A DNA stretch of 64,000 bases, from contig CM120642.1 in assembly GCA_051362555.1 (NCBI GenBank), positions 13,826,001-13,890,000 on the forward strand. Reading direction: 5' to 3'. Positions 24,301 through 38,800 of this stretch are shown here, piece by piece. A program made the position numbers and the translations under genes. The number at the start of each line of letters is the position of its first letter. The stretch's first letter is position 1. This DNA is from Lingula anatina. Its lineage: Eukaryota > Animalia > Brachiopoda. The notes under the pieces are model-generated. The model did not search any database, was not told where the DNA came from, and saw only the letters and a program-made list of their open reading frames with translations.

Positions 24301-27300
24301 TTGGTCAGATTATGACCCAACTGCATCGTAAGTATGGCTTTGTATAAAGAATGTACTATATTTTTTTAAAGCAGAGTAAAGATCTGCTCAGGCCATGGTA
24401 ATTTATACAGAATGATAATGTCAAATTTTCTTTTCTTTTATATGATGGCGTGAAAGCATGTTTAATCATATTCTTTACTGAACATGATACTAAAAGTAGA
24501 TGCATCCAAATATACATACTTGTCTTTTCTTTGAAAGGTTACATTCATTCAAATCTGTTTCAGTGGCCGGATCTCTTACCAGGATATGTATGATTTGCTA
24601 AGAAATCTAGAACCGCCTGTAGGATTTGGCAAGAAATGTCCATACAGGCTTGCCTATAGGGTAGGTGGTGATTATTTTGTTGAAATATGACTTGTATACA
24701 GTTCTGTCACTAGGGTTACCTTACTGGTCAGCTACAGATAAAATAATGTTCTTGTGCGACTTAAGTGTGGCCACAAGGCACAAACTTCATGATACCTGAT
24801 TTGAAGCTGGAATTAACTTAATAATTGATTAGTTATTTGTAAACAGAATGTTGCACTTGCAAAGTCATAATCTGGGCTAACCATAGCATAACATTGGTGT
24901 AAGCAAGATAACTGAAACATTTAGACATCAGAAATTAAAAATTTGGTCAATAGAGATAGAGTGTCGCATTCTGAACAGACCCTAATAGTGATGTAGATTA
25001 ACTTATTATTTAGCGCATGCATACCTTACTTTGCTGGGTTGTGGTGACCCAGTCATTTATCTTAACATGACAACAAAATAGAATGCTGCTAGTAATTAAC
25101 CTTAAACATTTGCACCAAAAATACTAATAATTTTTGGTCTTGTAACAAGATGGTATGATGTATCGCTAAACGCTTACAAACTTTGAATTTTTGTATCAAA
25201 TGTTACTACCATCCCCCTCCTGTATTAAAATCTGTTTTGACAATTGAAGTAATAACTATAGTAAAGTTGGTAACCTTTTTTTAATTGACGATATGGACAG
25301 TGAAAACAATCGCACAAAAGCACTGCTATATTTCAGTGAATCAAAATGATGATGCAAGCTTAGCAGAATGTGGTGTTTCCCAATCATAGCTTATTTACTA
25401 ACTGATATCTTACAGAAACTAATCCGCATGAACATGCCTGTAGCAGAGGATGGTACTGTGCACTTTACCACTACTCTTTTTGCCTTGGTGAGGGAATCGC
25501 TTCAGATAAAGATGAGCCTAGGTATGAAAATTGAGAGTAATTTTTATGATTTATTTAGTACTAATTATTATATTTTTCTTATAAATAGGATTGTCATGGG
25601 TCTGTTGTGCTGGGTTTTAGGACTTATTAGAAACTGGCCCCTTCAGTTTATGCATGGTTGAAATCATTGAAATTATTAAGATGGTGGAAACAAAAAAATG
25701 GAAGCCATTTTTAAAAGTCCTGGCTTTTTCTCACATCTTACAGTAATTGTAATTGTATTGTTCTCTTAAAGCATTGTGGTTGGTCTAAAGAGCTTGATAC
25801 ATTCTCAAAAATTCACAGAATATTACAGAATGTTTTTATGGCCAGAAAATTTGAAGTCTACTACCCAGCTTTTTATAGAAACATCCAGTTTGTAGAAGCA
25901 CATGGCATTTCTATATTTGCATCAAATGGATATTCAAGTGTTACACATTTGTAAAGAAAAAAGTGTAACATATACATGCAGCTCCATGTCAGTCGGAGAA
26001 AGGCCATCAATGATGACAACCACACAATAATGAAGGTTAAGATTTCCTCTGCTTTTGTACATAGAAAACATCTCATTGGATAATTTACCATGTTGAGGAT
26101 GTGCAATGGCCCAACAAGGTGTATTCAAGGACAGATCATCACACCTGTAAAATTATTGATATTTATTGGAATATTGTTTCAGGTCATTGGAGAACTCATA
26201 TATTATATATTTTGAGTAATTATTATGGTAATTTGTTATCTTTTGAGGTCACACAAGCCTTTTTTTATTTAAGAAAAATAATGTTTTCAGTGATATGGTG
26301 GCATGAACCTATTAATAATTGTATTACTATGAAAACTATACCTGTCATCTGCAAAACATTAAATGTTGTGAGAAATTTCCATCTAATCATATACCTAATC
26401 TTTTGCATGGCCTTTTAGACAAGGAAGTTTCAGGTTTGGAAATTATTGATACAGTGCATTAGTGCGGTGAATTTTTTTTTCTTTGCTTTTCTTTTCTTTT
26501 TCTGCAACTGGTGCTACATTGTATTCTTATTGCAACACATTTGTGCACCTGTACCATTCTTTGACATATTTAAAAGATACTATCTTATGATTGCACTTAA
26601 CAAATTGCCATTTTAGTTTGGCACATATTTCAAGTACATATGCGCTTGCATATAAGGCATTGAAAACCATGAAAAACAGATCAGGTTTTGTTCATGATTG
26701 AAATTATGGTGGAAACAGAAAAAAAATGGAAGCCATTTTTTAAACTCCTGGCTTTTTCTCACATATTACAGTAATTGTGCTCCAGTTGCAGATCACTTGA
26801 ACTGTGCGTGCATTGTGATATATCATTTACAGAGTTTAAAGAATCTGCCCAGCCTATTAAATGCCTTCTTGATAGATCTTGAAGAAGAAAATAGACTGCT
26901 ATTTTTGTAACTTTTTAACTATCACATGCTTCTTCCTTTAAATTGAAAATTTCAAAAGCCCGCTTCACTTTCTCAGCCACTTTTGCCAGCCACTGCCTTT
27001 TGAATAATTAAAAGTACCTTATAAAATCAATTCTGTTTATTTCAGTCATTAACATGCTATTTCTATGAACAGATTTATTATTTCATATTTGTTAAACCTA
27101 TTTATAAATTACACTTCTAACATATTTCCAATGTATCAATTTTCATTTTATAAACTCTCTCATACTGACAAAGCCATGCAATTTTAGTTGAACCCATTCT
27201 TGATTGTCTAGCCTTTTAGCTGGCCAGATACAAGCCAATAACATGTAACCATTGACGAAAATATGTTTCTCATATTTATCCTCAAAATACTTCAAAAACT

Positions 27301-30300
27301 ATCTTTTAGTAGAAACATTTGGTTGAACTAGTTGATATTTGTAGTGTGGTGTATTGTCTTTGACAATTAGGCTGTGAAATGTTATTTAGATAAAATTGGT
27401 TGACTTCAGTGAGTATATTACATATAAAAAAGAGTTTGTGTGTGTGTGTGTGTTATTTTAGCAGGAAGGTTAATCGTTGCTGAATTTAAAAAATGCTCCT
27501 TTTACAACCATCATGTTGATTGATGTGGCCAACTTGGACATAGTTTTGTATTGTGTCAGAAATGATATCTCAACAGATTACATTTGATGTTTTGAAAAGG
27601 AGTAACATGAAACAAATTTGCAGTCTGTGGGATCTGAATGTTATTGTAATTTGGGAGTGTGCAGTTTAGGTCATTTATTATTTGAAAAACTTTGTAAAAA
27701 AAACTTCTTCAGACAAATGCTGGAAATTAAAATTTGAAATTTGATAGACACATAAATTTGATTTAGATTAGGGATATGCCATCTATAATAAAAAGCATTT
27801 TACACTTCTGTTAATACTGAAATATGAAATGATGTAGGCTTTTGGTTTATTCATAATTAGTTGAATACAAATGTGATGATAAAGAATGATAATAACAATG
27901 CCCAATGTAACAAGAAAATCTACATGTTATTTTAAAGAAAGTGTAAATTAGGTCCAGTTTTTATGTAATCTTAATACATTGTGAAGTTTTATACATCTTT
28001 ACTGGTTTCATTTTATAGCTGATGAAATGGATCAAAAGGATGAAGAACTCAGAGATGTTATACGGAAAATGTGGCCCTTGCAGTCAAAGAAACCAAAGAC
28101 TATCAAGTTGTTGGTGCCACCAAATGAAGGTTTGGGTTCACTTGATTTATTACAATTACGTTTGCATTAAAGAAAAGCTGTATCAATTATCATGATGATA
28201 GCTAGGCCAGGGTGAAGAATAAGGGTTAAGTTACAGACTTCATCTTACTGAAAATTGTGGGTGGAAATCAAAAAGTAGTTGTAGTAATGTTAAAATGCAG
28301 TTATTATAAGCATCTATTATAATTGAAAGATAAAAGTTGAAACATCCAGACATTTAGATATCATTTGGTCAACTTAATGAAAAAATTAGGGATTTTATCA
28401 TTTTCATGCATAGATAACATATGTTTATTTATATATATTTTTTTTCAGAATTGAATAATGGAAAGATGACAGTTGGTAAGATCTATGCAGGCCTTCTGAT
28501 AGCAGAGAACTGGAAAGCCTACAAAGCCAGTCAGACAAGAACAAACCATGCCAAATCAGTAAGTTTTCCAGAAATTCATCTGATTCATTTCTCTTATTTT
28601 CAGGAAATGGCAATTAATGTTCCAATTGCTGGCATTTGCTTCAGTGCAATAAAAATCTATAAAAGTTATACCTTTCAAGTAAAATCTGTTGTTAAAAGAG
28701 TCTTGTAATTGAATGGCTTATTATGATAGACATTTGCCTTTGTGCTTTAACTATATGCCCAAATGTAATGGTGCTCTTTCGTATTTCTTTATGTAAATAA
28801 TGGGCAATATGTACTACTTTCTGTGCCTTTAATATACATAAAGATGATCTTCTTAAATGGTACCCCTACACCCCTTCCCAACTCACCAATTAAACACCTC
28901 CTGCACTCTACCCAATGCACCTATTAATCAACTGCTGCGTGTTTGCACAGTCACCTATAGTGATGTATTTATAACCAACACAGTAAAAGTGCCTTAGTTT
29001 AAACTGTGAACTAACATTCTAAGTCCATAATACTTACAATTGATTTTTTTATTATGCTTTCTTATCTACAATGTAGCCTCATTGTAATGTTGATCAAGTC
29101 GAAAATTGTGAGGTAGTTTACTATATATTTAGCATCTGTGTAAAAATCCCACCGCTGCTGCCACTGTTGCCACCTATAGTTGGAGAAGTTCCCATGTACA
29201 GAACAGAACAGTGTTCATTTTTGGCAAATTAAGATGCATGCTAGTCAAATGGTAACTGGGAGAGGGATGAAGAATTAGATATTATGTATACATATCCATA
29301 AACTAGTATCTCTTATAAACAGGTATTTGGGTTCATGCATGAAATGTTCTGAATCATTTTTATGGTGATGTATATGATTGCAACTGTCCTCATTGGAAAT
29401 ACGTTTCTTAACTGTTAACCTGATACTTATAAATGAGCACTGTTTAACTGGGATTTTAATCCTGGTGAGGAAGGCAAGTGTATACTCTGTGGTGAGAGCT
29501 GTTCCCAAAGGTGCATGCAATTAAAGTGATTTTCATTAATTAAAAAGGTAAAATCACTTTAGTTTTATGGTAAATGGGTGATACGGTTCAGAACCACAAG
29601 GAGCTGAAGCATCATGGCAACATCTGTTCTTGTGAGTAGATAGATGTAACCTGCTTCTCCCCACCTTCTTGTTGCAGGTCACTCCTCCACCTCCTAAAAA
29701 AGCTGAAGAGGTTAGTCTGCACAAGCACTGTAATCTTCACATGACTTGATTACTATCACTCACTGATGATCAGCAGTCAACACAAGTCATGTGGCTTTCA
29801 ATTTTTTACATTTTGCATGTTTGCTTGCAGAAATTTACTATGTAGTTGTATTTTTTCAGTATTAATTCATGTATACTTTTTATGAATGTTGATTGAAATT
29901 GTGGATGATACTCTTCACTGCAAACCATACTAAGCCTTGTAATGTAGTCACTTTCCTCCATTTTCATACCACTAACATTTTCAATGAATTATTTACTTTA
30001 CAAAATGTAATTCCTGTAAGACCTGTCAAGTGAAGGTGCAAACAAAATATACCAGACAATCCTTGAACTAAAGATGCATGCTTTGCTTATGGACAGTGGT
30101 TGGGGGATTTCTAAATGTGTTTTAGTTTTGTTTTAGAAGTAGTTCAAGTTTTTTATTGGTGGTCATTACTTATATTAAGCCAGTATCCAAAATTATAGAT
30201 ATTTAGCATCCTACCTTATATTTATAGTTCCCAACATACGTATGTCATCTGGGTATTCAGAAATTGCTCAAGGATGAATGGATGTTGAAAAGAAGTTTTA

Positions 30301-32801
30301 CTTAATTTATAACATACAAAATTTTGAACTTGCTGGCTTCAAAAACAAATACCTACAATCTAAAAAAAGCTGTTGACTAGATTCTATTTGTTTGAATCAG
30401 TGTCACAGACATTCTGTTTGCTCAGTTTGAATACCCATCTGTAGAACATAGGTGTATTTTCATTTCATGTTGTAAGCTACAAGCTAAGATATTGCATTCC
30501 ACCTTTCCTTAAAACATGCTTGAAATGAATTAGTGCAGAATTTTGGGCAATGATATTGAAGTATAACATCTCTTGATCTGAATTTTATAGAATTAATGTC
30601 ACTGATTTGAGGCGATTTGCATCTTGGATTTGATGCCCAAGTAGCTACTGATATTGTGCATGACCTTGAGGTTTGACCTTGACCCTGGTTTCTTATGATA
30701 AGATTTAAATCTTGAGATGTTATATGTTATTGTCTTTTTAAATGCTGGTGATTGATTTGTAACATGTTTCATTAAAGCCACTTATTTCCTTTAAAACTTA
30801 CAAATAATTGTGTCAAAGATATTTATAAAGAAAGCCACCTTGATTATAGGTATTGTATGGAAATATCAGCAGAAAAAGACAATTAAATGCTTACTATGAT
30901 ATCAGTACAGCTCATAGGTTATGTTACATAAATATATAACCTGGGAGCTGCCCTGTATTTTTGTGTTGAAATTTTCCCTTGCTTATTACCATACTAAACA
31001 CTTGCTATATTGATTATATTCAGGTGTGCATTTTTATATATGCTAACAATGTTATGCTTTGCCAATGGGAAATGCTGTCTCAGTTGTAAGGACGTTTTTG
31101 GAAAAATTACCCATATGACATTAAATATCCAAAACTTGAAGTTTATACATAACAAAACAGATCATATGAATATACATTTTTCAGTTGAAGTCAAACTCAA
31201 GCAAATTGACATTCAAAGTGTTTCCCCTTGGCTTCTGGAAATTTTGCTTTTGAATGGGCATGTATATGCATGATTGCTGATTATTTAATATTTTTCTTCC
31301 TTGTGCTCCACAGTTTATTAAGTTTCTGCAAGATGCAAAGGTATATATGATTTTTTTGTAATCAAACCTTTGGCCTGACTGATCAATCAATCAATCAATC
31401 AACTTCTAGCAGAGTTCAGAGTTCAGACCATTGGAATTTTAACAGTATTTTGATAAACTTTTTATTGGTTAATTCAGTTATTTTGATTGATAAGTCTGGT
31501 CTAGGTATTGTATATGATATATGACTTGGGTCATGCTAGCATATATTTTCTCTTTTAGCCAGACTTTACTAAATTTTACCAAATCACCAATACAAAAAAA
31601 AAATAAAAATAAAAATAAAAAAATAATAATAAAATTGGTCTGTGTTTTCATTGTATTAAGTCAAAATATCCCCATCTTTCCCCTGTGGCTTATATATACT
31701 GGCATGAGCTTAGCAATGATTAAGTGGCGATATTGTAATTCCTGGTACTGGCTGGTTGCCTGCCTGCTCGCAATGTACCCGGGCTAGATATGTGCATGTT
31801 ATGAAATTAAAGCTAGGTGTGTGCATTATTAATGTTTTAAGCATATATGTGCATTTTTGATGTTTTAAGTATATATTTGCATTATTGATGTTAAAAAGCT
31901 AGGTGTGTGCAGTAAGGCTGTTTAAAGTCTGGGTATACATATTTTGGGTATTATAGGTTTGTATGTGTGGATTAAGGGCATTATAAGGCTTGATATGTGT
32001 ATTATGGAAACGATGAGGTTAGGTATGCGTTTTGTTATGTATATGTGCAGAAAAAGAGTCTGCTGTACACTGCCATGAGGAGATGAATACCAGAGTTACT
32101 GGTTATATGATAACAAAGTGCCCATATGTGGATAATAAGAAACTGGTTTAAAGAAACAATTATACAAAATGTATCTTGTGGCATTAATTCATAGGTATTG
32201 CTGGTGGTACCTATTTTCAGAAGCAAGTTACACCTCTCTTTACCTTTGCCAAGACAAAATTAATAGTTGGGATTTTGATCTGGAAATGAGAAAATTTACA
32301 AATCCCATCTATTGTGAAAAAAAGTTTTTAATGTACAATCTTGTCTTTGTAAAGCAGACTCATTCATAAATGTATTGTCAGTCTTGTCCTTACTGTCACA
32401 GTGACTAATGTTACTGTATGTGTTTAAATATGATGTACTGTACTGTATAAAGCTGTGTTGTTGATGTTTATGTTAGATTGTTATAAATTGGTAACAACAG
32501 AGCTTATGGATTTTAATGAAAATAGTATACAAAACTTGGGATCAAAAAAGGGAGAGTCCAACACTTATAAAGGTAAAACAGGATTGAGACTGAGTCAAGA
32601 GAAATAGTTTAATATGTGAACCTGTCCACTATGTAAATCAATGACTCAGGACAAATAGTGAGTTGATGGGTTAATCAAAGTGTTATCTTCAAGTCCCCAG
32701 TTTCATATTTCATTTCATTCAGTCCCAATGTGTTATTTGCCAGTAGGCTCTGGAGGAGATTGATACATTAAATCCTTAAAGCATTCTAATCTCATGTGAA
32801 T

Positions 32802-32856
<55 letters not shown>

Positions 32857-35800
32857 CATGTCTTGACAATGCAAGAAATCTTTTCACATCAGTTATGTTT
32901 TCAATTTGTATCTGATTTCAGTTTCCATGCTTTAAAAAAATGCCCTTCTTCTTCTTCTTATTATTATTATTATAAAGATTTGGCCCAAACACGTAATTGT
33001 GAAGGATTTGCCCGTAGCCAGAAAGATATTGTTTAGAGTATTAAAGCTAATCACGTTCATTAATATAATGGTCTTCAGTTACTGCTTTGCAGTTAATGAT
33101 TCAGAAGGTGTGTAGAAAAATCATCAAAAACAATTAATCTATGTTGCACTTATCTCAGAAATTTTTCTGGTGGTAGTTACTTTTCTATGTATTGAAGAAA
33201 TTGCTTTATCAAGGCAGTATTGGAACATTTTTTTTTTTTTTACTCTGATGTAAATGGCTTCCCATGGGTAACAAGGGATTTAGTGCCATCTAGTGTCAAT
33301 TTTTACAATAAGAGTTGAGATTCAGTACACTAATTGTTTTAATCATTATGGATGGCTGTTCTTTCATATGATATGATTCAACACTGTACTTGCTTACTTT
33401 CACAATCACTGATTGAGAATATTTGACCTTGGCATCCAATTGTCAAGTATTACATAAAAATGCATTCAAAAACATGTTCATTGAACAAGATTGTTAGATA
33501 AGTTAGGTATTATTTAGTTACATGCAGTTATGTTGGCACAGCATCTAGATATTTGTTGACCAAATGGTATAAATCTCTTTTCCAGAGACCCCAGTCATTG
33601 TTGAAGAGAGTAATGGGTGTTCTGAAGACCACGCCCACCCAGGACAGTTTTGATAATGGAGATGAATATGGCCATGAGCCTGGATACAGGTACTGAACAC
33701 TTGACCACAGTTTGTGGCTTGTCTGAAAAGTTTATTTTGCTGTGAGTCTCAACATCTGTCTTCGATATTACAGGATGTGAAAGGGCTGGGGGGGGGGGGG
33801 GGTACTTTACAATAAGACCTGGAATAAGACCTGAAGGGCAGTGCAAATTTTAAACAATTTTAAACATTGCTGCTGATCAGATTTTATATTTGAAGTCTTT
33901 ACAGAGTAGTACTTTGAACTGATTTTATTATCCAAAAAAGTGTTGGCCAGAGTCAGTTCTATTTAATTGGTTCAAAACCCAAAAGCTTTAAACGAAAATC
34001 AACATGAAAAAAAGTTGAACAAATGAATGGGAATATGTAAGTGTCTGGAAGAACCACTTGATAATTCTCACTCAGATAAAAGACATTTTCTTAGTCTCTG
34101 AAACTAGATATTCTCTGACTCATTTATTTCATGAGCCTGAGAATTGTTTTTGCTTAATCTTGAAACGAAAAAGATCATGGTTTAATTTACAATTTGCTAA
34201 AATAGTAAAATGTATGTAATGCTTCTTTATGTGTGGAAAATTGCATACATTTCTTCTCCTTCCTTGAAAGGGTTTGAGTGATTGAAATGTTCCTGCTTTT
34301 CTTACTGTTTTCTGAACTTATAAGCTAAGATTCATACTGATTTTGCTGTCATATTCTCATCTGTACATTTTGTGAATAGCTATGCAGTGTACTGAGGTTC
34401 CACATATTAATCCCCAAGTATGACTAGGAAAATTGTGCAAAAGTGGTATATGCTTAGTTTTATATTTGGCAGAAATTACTTACAAGTTTGTTTTTTTTTT
34501 TTGGTTTGGGCAGATACACCAGCTGAAAGAATAATACAAAATCTTGCAAATACCAACACATTTGTAACTAGTTGAATATGAATACTAGGAAGGGTGGAAT
34601 GCTTGAAGATATTTCAATGTTACATTTAGTTAGAAATGCGGAGAATGAACAGTCTTTTAAAAGGGAAATCAATATAGATAGGTTTATTTCAGCATTGGAA
34701 CATCTACTAGTTTTGTATCATACAGAAAACAAAAATGATAAATCAATTTAAATGGAATGTATTTAGATGCTCAATTTTGTTTTGCTTTTTCCTCCCCTGC
34801 TTTTCTGCTAGCCCCAATCACTTGTCTCCATCACGGGGACTGATTGGGACTAGCTCTCGCTCAGGAAGCAAGCAAAGGTGAGGCACTAGCTGTCACAACT
34901 AACGCAATAGCTGACACCTGCTTATGGCACAACTAACGCAATGACTAATACATGCTTCTAGGATTGCAGTAACCAGCACCAGTCGCTAATTGCACAACCC
35001 ATCACAATTACCATCACAATGTCAAATTCATCACTTGGTTAAGCTGATATTTTTATTGCACCATTGAATATCATTTGCATATTGAAAGGTTTTTTATTTA
35101 ATGCATTAACCAATACCTGTATGCCAAGTAATAGGTTTTTACCTTTTAATTAATGAATTTGATTTGTTCATCATTATGAATGGCTTCTTTGCTAATGTAT
35201 GATAGAATAGGCTTATATTTAAGTTACAAAGCCTTGCAAAAATAAGTTGCCGTCCAGCCCCCCTCTCATAATTTGCTTTAAAACAACATAAGTAGTTTTA
35301 GGTTGCTGTGTCCCTGGGAAGCTAGTTGATGAGAATTGGGATATTAAATGAAATTTTGGAGTTATTCTTTTTGATTGATGTTTAACAGGTAATGAGCTCT
35401 AGGTCAACTGAACATTTAAGTAATTTTATTCCTTAGTAGACTGAACTCCTTGCACACCACAATAAAATTGACAGTAAACTTTGATTTGTTGAATGAATCA
35501 TCACAGAATTTCCTAATTATTGTTTTCTAAAGAAGAAAAGAAGCTCCGGGTTCATCTTAACCTTGAACCAGCAAAAAAAAAAAAAATTGATAAAAAAAGA
35601 TCCCAGTTACTATCTGCTCTAGCATGTACTGCAACAACTGAAGTAGTTAAACTGGTACAACAGTTCCATATGTAAGAGGCGAATACCCATCTACAGCTGA
35701 CTTGTAAATAACTTATTGTCGGATAGACTAGTAACAACTAATATAGGATAGAAATATCTAACAAATATGACTTCCTTTCTATGAATGCTCACTTTTAAGA

Positions 35801-38800
35801 TGATTGTTTGGTTTCTTTTTATTCTTTGGTATGTTTTACGGTAATTTTGGTTGTAAAAGCCATAAAACAGTAACTTGAGTTCAATTCACAGGTGATTGGA
35901 TTTTCTTTCTTTTTTTTTTCTTTTGTCAAGAAGTGAAGGGGTCAATGCATATTTGATACCCAAGACCAGAACTTCATCTTTCTGTGAGCATGTCATATTA
36001 CAACTCTTACTCACTTTTCATTCAGTGGTACATGTTTTAATGTTGTTTTTTCCTACTAGACGTGTGAACATCCTGAGTTCAAAAAATCATCCCTCTACTT
36101 ATTCATGCCTATGGCATGAGGCATTGCTTTCATCTTCACAAACTGAGTAAAAACACTTCAACTTTGATAAGCAGCGTTGCCAATATTGTTAGACTCAGAT
36201 GATTTCTTAAAGATTTTTATGGACAGTAGCATGACAAAAGATAAAGGACAATTTAGTAAAATAAAATGAGTAAATACTTATAAATGAACTTGCTTGGCAA
36301 CACTGTATAAATAACTTTATATAATAACAATTAAAATGATGTTCATTTTCTCTTAAATGTAAATATTCTATATTGGAATTAATGGTATGCATGTTGACTA
36401 GTGATTTCTTGCATCAGGGTCAGGCAGAAAGTGATGAAAAACTTGCAGGATGAGCACTTGTAAATGTAGCTAAACAAATTTTAAAACTGGGTTTGGGGGA
36501 GTTTATGGTAGCTCAACTGTCTGGCCATGTTGCTCTATATATATAGATGATAGATATTAATTCATTTATGTCCGTGTCCAGCTTGCTAAGTGTGATTGAC
36601 ATGGTTCAACAAAGAGAGAAATATAGTGGTAGTAACAACAGGTACGTAGAATGGGCCAGTTTTTTGGTCATCAGGAGTCATGTGATCACCTTAGGTCACA
36701 TGACCAGTTGGTTGTGTGATGATGCCAAGTAACAAACCTATATGACAAACAGCATTGTGACTGCTCCACAATATTTGATTGGGTACTTTGGATTTCTCTG
36801 TCTGGGCACCATGAAAGTAAAAGCATCAGATTAAGTGTTGTCAAAATGTATAGTCACACATGACTTTAAGTTGTTGACTTGGCATCTGTGGTGAAACATA
36901 TGATTTTCAGTATTACATTACCATGGGTTTTATGACCACAATTTATTAATTGGTCATGTGAACAATAATCATGTGATTATTGTTCACGTACCAAAAGTTT
37001 TGTCATTGGTCATGTGATTATGGTCAAAGGGCAACTTTTATGAGTGAAATGAGTTCTTTTTTTGTCGTGAGCTGGATCCATATGTGCTGGAGCATCATGG
37101 AGAACTGACTGTCAAGAGCTACACAATTTCTAATTGACTTGCATGCTATTATGATATCAAATATTTTGGTTTAAGAGTGCATTACTTATATTGAATTTGC
37201 AGTGATTGACACTTGAGTATGAATGTTTGCAACACAGATCAAAATTTTGTAATCTAATAAGCTAAGATGAGTTATGTATATCAAGAATATCAATCTGTGC
37301 AAAATGAAAATCAGCAGTTTTTTTGTATAATATTTAAGGTTGTTTATGGTTTGAAGTGTTTTCTATTTGCACTTAATTATATTAAATTATGATACTTTAG
37401 AGAAAGCATGACTTAATTCTCATGCAACATTTAAAAAAGAACATGCTGGTTTCATGATTATTTGGTCTTTGATAAATAAGAATCAATTATTATTGTAGCA
37501 GTTTCTTTCCCTATGATATGATTTTTTTTTAACAGTTGAGAATATGTTCTTTAAAAATTATATTTAAACCAGTGCATTTTGTTAGGGTGCGTCTTATTTT
37601 ACTTTATGTATTGCCATATTTAGTTACATCAAAAATAAGTATAAAACTGTGAGTTATGTTTAAGGTTTACTTTGGATAAAACAATATTTGGGGTTTGAGT
37701 TTTTGAATTTATACATGGAATAATCTTTTAAAAAAAATAGAAAAACATTCATTTATAAGAGTAAATGATAGTGAAATAATTTACTCAGTCTACCATGAAA
37801 ACATTTTCAGTTAGATATTGAATTGGATTGTTTCAGCATTGACAAACCTCACCATGGCAACCCAGACAAATCTTGGTCAAATAAGCCTTTTGGCTTTTTG
37901 AGGAGAAACAGCAGCAAGAAGAAGAAACTGCAAGAACAACAGGTAAGATATTTCTTCATTTAATGTTGCAGTAACATGTAAACTACTTTGTTTAGGCTAC
38001 CAGGAAAGCTAAGACGAAATCTGTCTTAAACTGACATTACCAGAAACCACAATTTCTTAAAATGGGTTTTAAAAAGTGAAGCCTCCACAGCCAAGTGATA
38101 TTGATAAGCCATTTTTTGGTCCAAGTTAGTCCTGTGTGAACTATCCCACATATTTTCACCAGGCCTGTTTTACAAAAAATGAAAATAAAAAAATAAAAAA
38201 TTTACTGTAATTTACTATTATAATTTTATTTATTTAATTATATATTTTGCTTGACAGAGACTGATAAACACAAACATGTAGATAAGTGGGTACAGTTGGT
38301 TTTCACAATATCGGTCTTACTATGAGGATTTTATAAATGATGGCTTAACTGACATGAATTGGCATCACTGAGAGTAAAGAGCAATGTCAATACAAATGCT
38401 ATTTTCAGTGGGTGCATAATTCAAAGACAAAAAGGGGTGACCAGCCTTTTAGGCTGTGAAGTGGAATTAAGCTGGCTAAGACACATAAAGTCTTTTTCAA
38501 TATAGACCAATTTTCATTTGTGAAACAAGTCCCAGATCTCCAGAGGTTTGGTCATCAGTGTACATACAAGTCATTTGGTATTGAGGTGTTATATGTTATA
38601 GCTATGAAGTTTCAGGGTAGGTCAACAGTTAGATCATCAGGAACCAAGATATCAAATGGACAGGATTGTACTGATGTGAGGGCCTAAACTGTTTTTGTCA
38701 TGTAAAGTGATATAATTCTCATGCTAGCATGCATATATATATTTCCACCAATTGAAAAAGAAGACTTGAACAAAAATGATACAGGCATGACACTAGCGGT

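Noticed and set aside
24328-25415. A duplicated EF-hand exon like vertebrate Cav2 exons 37a/37b
   Set aside because: Only one 97-nt exon (24564-24660) was found; no paralogous sequence seen in the flanking introns.
35531-35675. Lys-rich open stretch ([18 protein letters not shown]...) as a C-terminal exon
   Set aside because: No acceptor in the required phase 2 and it contains a poly-A run.
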